The notes under the pieces were generated by a model. It saw only the letters and a program-made list of their open reading frames with translations. It was not told the DNA's origin and ran no database searches. This document shows, piece after piece, positions 1 through 16,345 of a DNA stretch of 64,000 nucleotides. Within the stretch, counting starts at the first letter, position 1. Every line of letters starts with the position of its first letter. The DNA comes from Eledone cirrhosa (taxonomy: Eukaryota): assembly GCA_964016885.1 (NCBI GenBank), contig OZ024743.1, positions 336,784,001 through 336,848,000 of the forward strand. The letters run 5' to 3'. A program made the position numbers and the translations under genes.

Positions 1-206
1 GGCGCACTAGGTACTATCTCAAGAAGTTTCCAGGGATGGTTAAAGAAAATTGGTCCTTTCACGCTTTTTGGAACGCTTCAAAAGACATGCTTGCTGGGAA
101 CAGCAAGAACCCTCCGATACGTCCTGAATATCTGAGGCTGCAGGTAGTGGCTTGATATTCATTTCAACAAACTTTCCAGTTAACTAACATCAATGATTGA
201 GACTCA

Positions 207-207
<1 letters not shown>
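1..207 (+). mobile_element. 3' end of R4/Dong-type non-LTR retrotransposon (copy A; truncated by window edge)
   Basis: Encodes ...GTLQKTCLLGTARTLRYVLNI* (stop at 133-135); 3' UTR near-identical to 16056-16126 and 20947-21018; followed by (AAT)n. Confidence 0.9.

Positions 208-260
<53 letters not shown>
208..260. repeat. (AAT)n target tract between Dong A and Tx1 copy 1 (tail-to-tail)
   Basis: Perfect AAT repeat. Confidence 0.97.
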
Positions 261-261
<1 letters not shown>

Positions 262-503
262 TTTTCTTTATTAACCACAAGGGTTCACATAAAGTAGACA
301 TTAAGGACAGTACAGGACAATACAGGACGGTACAAATGGGCATTTCTGCGTGTAAAAAAACAGAGGTTGAAATAAAATAACAAAGAAAAATTCCCCAATA
401 GGGGGGAGACTTTCGAGGGACATTTGTGGAGAAAGCCCATTAAAAGAACACAGTAGCCCTGACCACCAGGGCAAGTGCCCTCTCCCAGTTTTCCACCTTT
501 AAT

Positions 504-3500
504 TTACAGACACATACTCAGAGAAGGCCCATTCATTCGGGCCATACTGGCTTCTCTCACCCATCTTTCAACAAAATGCTGGGAAGAGAGCACTTCCCTC
601 TCTACCCTGATTTTCCTTTTCAAATGAAATTTGAAAAAGTTAATCAGGGCATCACCGAAGAGGTAAGTGCTCGTCTTCAGCCCTTTCAAACGTGTCCACC
701 ATACTATCTCTTTCGCCATGGCCACCAGACAGATAAAAACTGCCTGCCCTTCCAGGATAAAGGAAGGGGGCGGGGCAATCCTAACGATGGACTCAGCTGA
801 TAGCCGGATAGGTCCTACACGTGACAGCAGGTGTTCGACATAAACCCACAAGTCAGCAATGCTCGGACACTGGACGAGTGCGTGCAGGACGGTTGCGTCG
901 CCCTGCGCGCATCTCGGATATGCCCGGCTGACGGCACCTCCATGCCTGTAGAGTTTATCCCGAACTGGCAAAGCTCCTCGGTAGCACTGCCAGGCCAGGG
1001 ATTTCTGGAAGTTGTCCATAGGCCCCGGCCCGAAAGTCCTTCCGAAGAGATTGGCCAGTTGATTTTCGTCGACGCCTAGAGTTTCTCCAAGTACGTCGTC
1101 GCTCTTCCCCTCCACTAATCCCCTATAGAACGCCAAGGTGGAGTTTCCACCGATCACATTGCCCGATTGGTCGAGGGCTGTGAGCGCCTGAAGACATTCC
1201 AGTCTCCAGGCGCTCCCTCTCGGTCTTCGCTTGACCCAGGACTGCAGCTCCGTCAAGGAAACGAGCTGGGGAAATACGCGCCTAGCAAACGGCGACCACA
1301 CCTGATCACCGTCGATGAAGAGGTAGAGATGTCGTAGCCTGAGCGCGTGCCTGCGCATCATCAGCCACGGCATGCCCAGCCCTCCACGTAGCGGGTGTTG
1401 ACAGTAGATGGACCGCCTGACCATCGGAGCGCGTCCCTTCCACAAGAAGCGAAAGAGCAAACGCTCCAGCGCAGTCAGGCGGGGCTTAGGACAAGGTACG
1501 ACGGTCAGGCGGTAGTAGATGACGGATGCGATGTACGCATTCGCCACCTCCGCTCGACCTTTCAGGGATAGCTTCCTCTCGGCCCATTTCTGGGTGAGAG
1601 AAGCCACCTGCTCGTCACCTCGTCCCAGTTTTTGTCCGTCTGGAGGTCTGGACCGAACCAGACCCCTAGCAATTTAACCGGTCCGTCCGTCCAGCGCCCG
1701 ACGACGCTGTTGGACGGCATGGACCTGCCTCTCCAGGTGCCGAGCTGCAGGCCCACTGACTTTTCCTGGTTGATCATTGCTCCTGTCACCGCTTCGTATT
1801 CTCTTAGTGTAGTGCCGATCGCCTCGATGTGTTTGGCGTTCGACACCACTACGGTGACATCGTCGGCATATGCTGACACGGATCTTCCGCATCCTAGTTC
1901 GCGCGGGACCCCCCTCAACGTCTCCAGTTTGTGCAGTAATGGCTCGAGAGTCAATACGTACAATAGGGACGAGAGGGGACATCCTTGGCGGACCGAGCGC
2001 ATGATGTTGAACGGTTCCGAAAGGTGACCGTTCACTCTCACTACAGAGCAGATGTCGCTGTGCATGGCAGCGATCCAGCCTCTGAAGACGGGCCCAAAGC
2101 CAGCCGCCCTCAGGACTGTCGCTAGGTAACGATGGTCGACCCTATCGAAGGCTTTCGTCTGATCTAAATTGATCAAAGACCCACCCGTGCCAGGTTCCCT
2201 AGCTACCCTCTCTACGATGTATCGCATGAGGTGGAGGTTGTCGTGGATGGATCTGTCGAGAATGGCGCATGTCTGTGCCTCTCCCACCAGACCACCAACG
2301 ACAAGCGCCAACCTCTTTGCTAGCACCTTGGCCAAAATCTTGAACTCTGTGTTTAGCAGAGTTATGGGCCGGAAATTATCTATGTTATCCCCCTTGTTCG
2401 GATCCTTTCTCAGCAGCGCCACCGCTCCTCGGCTCACAGAGCTGGGAATTCTCCCGTTCTGTTGCCAGTTGCAGTAGACGTCCGCCAAGAGGCCTCCGAA
2501 CAAGTTTGGCATTTGTACGTAAAGTTCATAGGGCAGACCATCCAAACCAGGCGATTTACCCCTTGTGCAACTAGTCATTGCATCCCGTACTTCAGCGGTT
2601 GTTATCGGCTTTTCGCAACACTCCGCCTCAGTGGCCGAAAGCCGCGGCAGTCCGTCGAGGTAGACACTAAAGTCCATCCCTCGATCCGGCCCGCCACTGC
2701 CCCCGAACAGTTGAGCGAAGTGTCGCTGAAAAGCTTCACACATTTGCCCGGGATCGAGTAGCATGCGCCCGTCGTGGTCCACCAAAGACCGGATCGTGGC
2801 TTTGTTGCCACGACGCGCCTCCGCCACTCGGGCCCATTGAACGGCTTTCGTCCCCTCGTGTCTGAGAGCACGCACCCTAGCTCTGACAACGCAGCCTTCG
2901 TGCTTTGCATTGAAGAATTGGTCAAGGGCCAATTTCGCCGCAAGTACGTCGGTCGCGATGGCTTTGCTAAGCGCCTCATCTAATTTTCTAACTAATCCTC
3001 CCTCTGCTCTATTTTTCTCTATTGCTAAGGTCTTACTAAACCTAATGGACTCTATTCTAATTGCTCTTTTCAGAGCAAACCACCACTTGTTGTTGACGAT
3101 GGCCCCCGTCAACGCCCGCTTAACTAGTTCGCTAATCCGGTCTCTGTAGGCCTTGCGCGCTGGTAAGGACGCGTTTAGCTTCCAGTAGCCGGGTCCTTGT
3201 CTATGAAGCCTATCTAAGTCAAGCACACAGATCACGAATTTGTGGTCCGTGTAGCTGACTATCTTGAATTGTGGACAGCCTATGCTAGACCTATCTATTT
3301 CCCTACAAAATACTCTATCTAGATATGATCTGGATGACCCTATGCGATTTGTCCAAGTCCACATTGGTACATTCGGGAAATCCATTCGGTACCTGTCAGA
3401 CAGTTCAAAACGTCTGAGCAGGTTGGTGAGACTCTTGCACCCTCCTTCCCTATCCACTAATCCCACACAATCCCAGCGTGCATCTAAGATCCCGTTCCAG

Positions 3501-3922
3501 TCGCCCACTAACACTAAAGAGCGGGACGTTCCAAGAAAAGTCTCCAGACGCCGGAAGAAATCAGGCCGCCCTGCTCCTGTCGGGGCATAGACGGCCACTA
3601 ACCTGAAAGCTTGCCCGTCTCCGCTGGTCACGTCCAGCACCACCAACTTACCTTCTGGGTCCAGGAAGATGGCCCGTATGGCAAGATCCAAACCTCTCCG
3701 AAAATGCACAGCAACTCCTCCTCCCGATCCCGGACGGCTGGGAGATGCGTACACATCGTAGCCGCCGAAGATCGGTGCGAAAGCCTGTGCTTCGGAGATT
3801 CTGGTCTCGCTGATGGCCACTACATCTATGTTTAGTGACCTGAGGTCGTTAAGCAGGTGGCCCTGCTTCCATGACGACCCCAAGCCACGCGCATTTATGC
3901 TGCCTATTCTGAGTGAGGTCAT
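504..3922 (-). pseudogene. Tx1 ORF2 (APE endonuclease, reverse transcriptase, C-terminal Cys/His motif), one frameshift
   Basis: APE motifs SINARGL, SET, VYAP, GDWN, LDR, TDH; RT motifs KSPGLDGLP, RPITLLN, KAFDRV, RQGCPLS, AYADD; ORFs 1562-3922 and 504-1607 are split by a 1-nt deletion near 1607 (GCCACCTGC vs GCCACCCTGC in copy 2). Confidence 0.9.
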
Positions 3923-3956
3923 GTTGAAAAGGGGTGGAAAAGATGGGAAAGACCAC

Positions 3957-5921
3957 TTACCTTACTTCTCGTAGGGGAAGGACGGCTTTTCCATCCTTTT
4001 CACTGCTTGTGGCCTCCTCAGGAAGGATGTCCTTATAAATCCTCCTGGAGAGTGCTTGTCGGAAGTCTCCGATGTCTTTGGGGAATTTTTGTTTTAGTGT
4101 CATGTACGTTTTCTGTGTGATGCGAGTGATTTGTATGTGTGGAGGTGGTGTGAATTTTGGGGTTGTTGTGTAGTCTTTTTCTGTGATGCTGGTGTTGTGT
4201 TGGATGTAGTGTAATAATTGCTTGTTGTTCAAATTTAATGCTGTGTAGTGTGTATCGATTTGGTTGTTTTGTTTTGTTTACGTTTGTTGTGGGTTTGTTT
4301 CTGTTTCGCATTTTGGTGACTTTTGTGGTGTAGGTGATGGGGGTGTTGGAGTTAATGATGGTGATGGTGTTGGTGTTTGGGTTGATGGGGTTGGTGATGC
4401 TGGTGTGGATGGTGGCATATCTGTCCTAACTTTTTTGTTTCTTAGTTTATTTGTTTCCCTCTGTATTTTGTTTTTGGAGGGGGAAGGAAGAGAATTTTTT
4501 CTTTTTTGGTTTCTTTTTTTTTTTCCGGATATCGTTTCCCACTCCTCGTCGTCACAATCTGTCTCCAGTTGTAATAGGCCGGGGAGTGGAAAATCCTCCA
4601 CAGCCGTTAGTTTTGGTTGTGGTGTGGTGGATGGTGTAGGCGCTGGTGCTAGTTCTGAAGCGTTGGGTGGTGGTGGTGCTGGTTTTGCTACTGTTGCTGG
4701 GGTTGTTGCTGTTATAGTTGCTTCTGTTGTTGCTGCTACAGTTGTTGCTGCCATCTCTGCTACTGGTGGTTTGATGGTTGTGTCACTGGGGTGGGTAGGA
4801 GAGGTGGCCTCAACCTTTTAGCCTGAGGGCAGAAAGCCCTTAGGTGGGTTCCTTCACCACAAACGACACACCTAGGTCTTCTGCCCTCGACAATTACCGT
4901 GAGGTGGCTGCCGTCAGTGAGGTCTATTACCTCTGGGATCTCCTCAATGCTTTTTTGGTCCGCTTGGATCAGGAGCTCCATCCCAGATCCGGACCAGTTT
5001 TCCTGCTTTTCTTTTGCTACTGCTATTATTTTCGTGTTGGCTTCGATGCCGGCGAGGACAGCCGCTATTAGCCAGGGAATTTCGATGGCCGGTGGAACGT
5101 TGGTCACCCTGATCTTTACGAGTCTCTGGCCACAATAGCTTGGGACGAGTGTGAGGTCGTCACTTTTTAATGGGGCCATGGAGTGTTCTCTAGCCTCCTC
5201 TGGTGTTTCAAAGAACACATCCACGGTTCCATACTTTTGCCCACGTCTGATGTGGGTTTTTCTTGCCCACACATGTCCCAAAGCTTTTTGGATTTGGGAC
5301 TCGGATGCCTGTTCCACTCGGCGCGATTTTACATTTATTGTTCTATACGACACGGTGCACAGGCGCCGATGCCCATTTTATTAGGTGGGGGGGGGGGCTG
5401 ACCCTGTACCCATCTTTCTTTACCATTTGTTTGGCATTTTCTAAATCTTCTTGAGTTACCGTGAACGCTTCGAATTGTTTTGCTACGATGGCGAAACTGA
5501 GGGTCGGTTTTATAATGTCATTGTTGTTGTTGTTGCTATCGTTATTTGTGTTAATATTAATTTTAGTTTCAGTTGTGGTGGTAGTGACGTCAGTCGTCTT
5601 TGGTGTGGAAGAGTCCATTTTGCTTAATTTCAATTCGACATCACGAGTTAATTTATTTTTTTCTTCTTTTGTTTCTGTTGTCGCGGTGGTGGTGGGGGTG
5701 GTGGTTGTCGCGGTGATGGTGGTGGTGGAGGCTTTAACACCTGTAGTCATTGGTAATGGCGGGAAATGAATGTCTGCCTGAGACAAATTTAAAATATTGC
5801 TACTGCTTATATTTTTTTTTGTGTTGGCAAACGTAGTAACATTTACAATGGTGGTGTCGGTGTGAGGTGTTATTTTGTGAGGAAGGCTTTCAGCTGCTTC
5901 GTGCAGAGGGGAATTAGCCAT
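3957..5921 (-). pseudogene. Tx1 ORF1 (gag-like, CCHC zinc knuckle, Thr/Pro-rich), frameshifted
   Basis: ATG 5921 MANSPLHEA; CVVCGEGTHLRAFC knuckle; pieces 5343-, 4760-5353, 4278-4754, 3957-4232. Confidence 0.8.
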
Positions 5922-6128
5922 TTTTTTCAAAGAAATTTTTGGATAATAATAAAAGTTAAAATTTTGGGCACAAGGCCCCAATCTTTTTGGGTGTCCTTTT
6001 CGGAAAATAATGTATGTGTGCTTATAAACAGTTAACAATAAAATTTTCCATAAATGGCAATTTTTAACAAACGGAAATAACAAACCTTTGCGGAGCTCAC
6101 GATGATACGATTTACTACGTAGGTCGCC

Positions 6129-6179
<51 letters not shown>
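6129..6179. repeat. (AAT)n target tract between Tx1 copies 1 and 2
   Basis: Perfect AAT repeat. Confidence 0.97.
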
Positions 6180-6181
<2 letters not shown>

Positions 6182-9100
6182 TTTCTTTATTAACCACAAG
6201 GGTTTACATAAAGTAGACATTAAGGACAGTGCAGGACAATGCAGGACGGTACAAATGGGCATTTCTGCGTGTAAAAAAACAAAAACAGAGGATGTAACAA
6301 AAATAACAATGAAAATAACAATGAAAAATTCCCCAATAGGGGGGAGACTTCGGAGGGACATTTGTGGAGAAAGCCCAGTAAAAAGCCACAATGACCCTGA
6401 CCACCAAGGCAAGTGCCCTCTCCCAGTTTTCCACCTTTAGTTTACAGATATATACTCAGAGTCGGCCCATTCACTCGGGCCATTCTTGCTTCTCTCACCC
6501 ATCTTTCAACAAAATGCTGGGAAGAGAGCACTTCCTTCTCTACTCTGATTTTCCTTTTCAAATGAAATTTGAAAAAGTCAATCAGAGCATCACCGAAGAG
6601 GTAAGTGCTCGTCTTCAGCCCTTTCAAACGTGTCCACCATACTATCTCTTTCGCCATGGCCACCAGACAGATAAAAACTGCCTGCCCTTCCCGGCTAAAG
6701 GAGGAGGGCGGGGCAATCCTCACGATAGACTCAGATGATAGCTGGATCCGTCCTAAACGCGACAGCAGGTGTTCGACATAAACCCACAAGTCAGCAATTT
6801 TCGGACACTGGACGAGTGCGTGCAGGACGGTTTCGTCGCCCTGCGCGCATCTCGGACATGCCCGGCTGACGGCACCTCCATGCCTGTAGAGTTTATCCCG
6901 AACTGGCAAGGCTCCTCGGTAGCACTGCCAGGCCAGAGATTTCTGGAAGTTGTCCATAGGCCCTGGCCCGAAAGTTCTTCCGAAGAGATTGGCTAGTTGA
7001 TTTTCGTCGACGCCTAGAGTTTCCCCAAGTACGTCGTCGCTCTTCCCCTCCACTAATCCTCTATAGAACGCCGAGGTGGAGTTTCCACCGATCACATTGC
7101 CCGATTGGTCGAGGGCTGTGAGCGCCTGAAGACATTCCAGTCTCCAGGCGCTCCCTCTCGGTCTTCGCTTGACCCAGGACTGCAGCTCCGTCAAGGAAAC
7201 GAGCTGGGGAAAAACGCGTCTAGCAAACGGCGACCACACCTGATCACCGTCGAGGAAGAGGTGGAGATGTCGTAGCCTGAGCGCGTGCCTGCGCATCATC
7301 AGCCACGGCATGCCCAGCCCTCCACGTAGCGGGTGTTGACAACAGATGGACCGCCTGACCATCGGAGCACGTCCCTTCCACAAAAAGCGAAAGAGCAAAC
7401 GCTCCAGCGCAGTCAGGCGAGGCTTAGGACAAGGTACGACGGTTAGGCGGTAGCAGATGACAGACGCGATGTACGCGTTAGCCACCTCCGCTCGACCTTT
7501 CAGGGATAGCTTCCTCTCCGCCCATTTCTGGGTGAGAGAAGCCACCCTGCTCGTCACCTCGTCCCAGTTTTTGTCCGTCTGGAGGTCCGGACCGAACCAG
7601 ACCCCTAGCAATTTAACCGGTCCGTCCGTCCAGCGCCCGACGACGCTGTTGGACGGCATGGACCTGCCTCTCCAGGTGCCGAGCTGCAGGCCCACTGACT
7701 TTTCCTGGTTGATCATTGCTCCTGTCACCGCTTCGTATTCTCTTAGTGTAGTGCCGATCGCCTCGATGTGTTTGGCGTTCGACACCACTACGGTGACATC
7801 GTCCGCATATGCTGACACGGATCTTCCGCATCCTAGTTCGCGCGGGACTCCCCTCAACGTCTCCAGTTTGTGCAGTAATGGCTCGAGAGTCAATACGTAC
7901 AAGAGGGACGAGAGGGGACATCCTTGGCGGACCGAGCGCATGATGTTGAACGGTTCCGACAGGTGACCGTTCACTCTCACCACAGAGCAGATGTCGCTGT
8001 GCATGGCAGCGATCCAGCCTCTGAAGACGGGCCCAAAGCCAGCCGCCCTCAGGACTGCCGCTAGGTAACGATGGTCGACCCTATCGAAAGCTTTCGACTG
8101 ATCTAAATTGATCAAGGACCCACCCGTGCCAGGTTCCCTAGCTACCCTCTCTACGATGTATCGCATGAGGTGGAGGTTGTCGTGGATGGATCTGTCGGGA
8201 ATGGCGCATGTCTGCGCCTCTCCCACCAGACCACCAACGACAAGCGCCAACCTCTTTGCTAGCACCTTGGCCAAAATCTTAAACTCTGTGTTTAGCAGAG
8301 TTATGGGCCGGAAATTGTCTATGTTATCCCCCTTGTTCGGATCCTTTCTCAGCAGTGCCACCGCTCCTCGGCTCACAGAACTGGGAATTCTCCCGTTCTG
8401 TTGCCAGTTGCAGTAGACGTCCGCCAAGAGGCCTCCGAACAAGTCTGGCATCTGTACGTAAAGTTCATAGGGCAGACCATCCAAACCAGGCGATTTACCC
8501 CTTGTGCAGCCAGTCATTGCCTCCCGTACTTCAGCGGCTGTTATCGGCTTTTCGCAACACTTCGCCTCAGTGGCCGAGAGCCGCGGCAGTCCGTCGAGGT
8601 AGACACTAAAGTCCATCCCTCTACCCGGCCCCCCGCTGCCCCCGAACAGCTGAGCGAAGTGTCGCTGAAAAGCTTCACACATTTGCCCGGGATCGAGTAG
8701 CATGCGCCCGTCGTGGTCCACCAAAGACCGGATCGTGGCTTTGTTGCCACGACGCGCCTCCGCCACTCGGGCCCATTGAACGGCTTTCGTCCCCTCGTGT
8801 CTGAGAGCACGCACCCTAGCTCTGACAACGCAGCCTTCGTGCTTTGCATTGAAGAATTGTTGGCTCCCGTCAACGCCCGCTTAACTAGTTCGCTAATCCG
8901 GTCTGTGTAGGCCTTGCGCGCGGGTAAGGACGCGTTTAGCTTCCAGTAGCCGGGTCCTCGTCTATGAAGCCTATCTAAGTAAAGCACACAGATCACGAAT
9001 TTGTGGTCCGTGTAGCTGACTATCTTGAATTGTGGACGGACAGCCTATGCTAGACCTATCTATTTCCCTACAAAATACTCTATCTAGATATGATCTGGAT

Positions 9101-11681
9101 GACCCTATGCGATTTGTCGAAGTCCACATTGGTACATTCGGGAAATCCATTCGGTACCTGTCAGACAGTTCAAAACGCCTGAGCAGGTTGGTGAGACTCT
9201 TGCACCCTCCTTCCCTATCCACTAATCCCAGACAATCCCAGCGTGCATCTAAGATCCCGTTCCAGTCGCTCACTAACAGTAAAGAGCGGGACGTTCCAAG
9301 AAAGGTCTCCAGACGCCGGAGGAAATCAGGCCGCCCTGCTCCTGTCGGGGCATAGACGGCCACTAACCTGAAAGCTTGCCCGTCTCCGCTGGTCACGTCC
9401 AGCACCACCAACTTACCTTCTGGGTCCAGGAAGATGGCCCGTATGGCAAGATCCAAACCTCTCCGAAAAAGCACAGCAACTCCTCCCCCCGATACCGGAC
9501 GGCTGGGAGATGCGTACACATCGTAGCCGCCGAAGATCGGTGCGAAGGCCCGTGCTTCGGAGATTCTGGTCTCGCTGATGGCCACTACATCTATGTTTAG
9601 TGACCTGAGGTCGTTGAGCAGGTGGCCCTGCTTCCATGACGACCCAAGCCATGTTGTGTAGTCTTTTCCTGTGATGCTGGTGTTGTGTAGGATGTAGTGT
9701 AATAATTGCTTGTTGTTCAAATTTAATGCTGTGTAGTGTGTATCGTTTTGGTTGTTTTGTTTTGTTTGCGTTTGTTGTGGGTTTGTTTCTGTTTCGCATT
9801 TTGGTGACTTTTGTGGTGTAGGTGATGGTGGTGTTGGGGTTAATGATGGTGATGGTTTTGGTGTTTGGGTTGATGGGGTTGGTGATGCTGGTGTGGATGG
9901 TGGCATATCTGTCCTAACCTTTTTGTTTGTTAATTTATTTGTTTCCCTCTGTATTTTGTTTTTGGAGGGGGAAGGAAGAGAATTTTTTCTTTTTTGGTTT
10001 CTTTTTTTTTCCTGATACCGTTTCCCACTCCTCGTCGTCACAATCTGTCTCCAGTTGTGATAGGTCGGGGAGTGGAAAATCCTCCACAGGCGTTAGTTTT
10101 GGTTGTGGCGTGGTGGATGGTGTAGGCGCTGGTGCTAGTTCTGAAGTGTTGGGTGGTGGTGGTGTTGGTTTTGCTGGTGGTGGTGGTGATGTTGGTTTTG
10201 CTACTGTTGCTGGGGTTGTTGCTGTTATAGTTGCTTCTGTTGTTGCTGCTACAGTTGTTGCTGCCATCTCTGCTACTGGTGGTGTTGATGGTTGTGTCAC
10301 TGGGGTGGGTAGGAGAGGTGGCCTCAACCTTTTAGCCTGAGGGCAGAAAGCCCTTAGGTGGGTTCCTTCACCACAAACGACACACCTAGGCCTTCTGCCC
10401 TCGACAATTACGGTGAGGTGGCTGCCCTCGACAATTACGGTGAAGTGGCTGCCGTCAGTGAGGTCTATTACCTCTGGGATCTCCTTAATGCTTTTTTGGT
10501 CCGCATGGATCAGGAGCTCCATCCCAGATCCGGACCAGTTCTCCTGCTTTTCTTTTGCTATTGCTATTATTTTTGTGTTGGCTTCGATGCCGGCGAGGAC
10601 GGCCGCTATTAGCCAGGGAATTTCGATGGCCGGTGGAACGTGGGTCACCCTGATCTTTATGAGTCTCTGGCCACAATAGCTTGGGACGAGTGTGAAGTCG
10701 TCACTTCTTAATGAGGCCATGGAGTGTTCTCTAGCCTCCTCTGGTGTTTCAAAGAACACGTCCACGGTTCCATACTTCTGCCCACGTCTGATGTGGGTTT
10801 TTCTTGCCCACACATGTCCCAAAGCCTTTGGGATTTGGGACTCGGATGCCCGTTCCACTCGGCGCGATTTTACATTTATTGTTCGATACGACACGGTGCA
10901 TAGGCGCCGATGCTCCATTTTATTAGGTGGTGGGGGAGGTGAGGCTGACCCTGTACCCATCTTTCTTTACCATTTGTTTGACATTTTCTAAATCCTCCTG
11001 AGTTACCGTAAATGCTTCGAACTGTTTTGCTACTCTGGCTAAACTCAGGGTGGTTTTTTTAATGTCATTGTTGTTGTTGTTGCTATCGTTATTTTTGTAA
11101 TTATTAATTTTAGTTTCAGTTGTGGTGGTGGTGACGTCAGTGAAGTTCGGTTTGGGAGAGTCCATTTTGGTTGAAAATATTTCGACATCACGAGTTCATG
11201 TATTTTTTCCTTTTGTTTCTGTTGTCGCGGTAGTGGTGGGGGTGGGGGTTGTCGCGGTGGTGGTGGTGGTGGTGGTGGTGGCGGCTTTAACACCTGCAGT
11301 CATTGGTAATGGCGGGAAATGAATGTCTGCCTGAGACAAATTTAAAATATTGCTAGTGCTTAAATTGTTTGTGTTGGAAGACGTATAATCATTTACAATG
11401 GTGGTGTCGGTGTGAGGTGTTAATTTGTGAGAAAGGCTTTCAGCTGCTTGGTGCAGTGGTGAATTAGCCATTTTTTTTTCAAAGAAATTTTTTGATAATC
11501 ATAAAAGTTTAAATTTTGGGCACAAGGCGCCAATCTTTTTGGGTGTCCTTTTCGGAAAACAATGTATGTGCGCTTATATATAGTTAACAATAAAAATTTT
11601 CCATAAATGGCAATTTTTAACAAACGGAAATAACAAACATTTGCGGAGCTCACGATGATACGATTTACTACGTAGGTCGCC
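6180..11681 (-). mobile_element. Tx1-clade element copy 2; full-length ends with two internal deletions
   Basis: Highly similar to copy 1; ~180-nt deletion near 8860 and ~280-nt deletion near 9651 (removes ORF1 end and ORF2 start); 27-nt tandem duplication near 10397-10450. Confidence 0.92.
6442..8814 (-). pseudogene. Tx1 copy 2 ORF2: RT and C-terminal part open (790 aa), APE part disconnected
   Basis: RQGCPLS, AYADD, CPRC...HALVQC; APE remnant in ORF 8971-10041. Confidence 0.85.

Positions 11682-11772
<91 letters not shown>
11682..11772. repeat. (AAT)n tract between Tx1 copy 2 and Dong B (head-to-head)
   Basis: Perfect AAT repeat. Confidence 0.97.

Positions 11773-16345
<4,573 letters not shown>

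Larger units (their letters stand above)
261..6128 (-). mobile_element. Full-length Tx1-clade (L1 group) non-LTR retrotransposon, copy 1
   Basis: 5' end GGCGACCTACGTAGTAAATCG abuts (ATT)n; ORF1 with zinc knuckle; ORF2 APE-RT; 3' end AATAAAGAAAAC then (ATT)n; same ends as copy 2. Confidence 0.92.
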
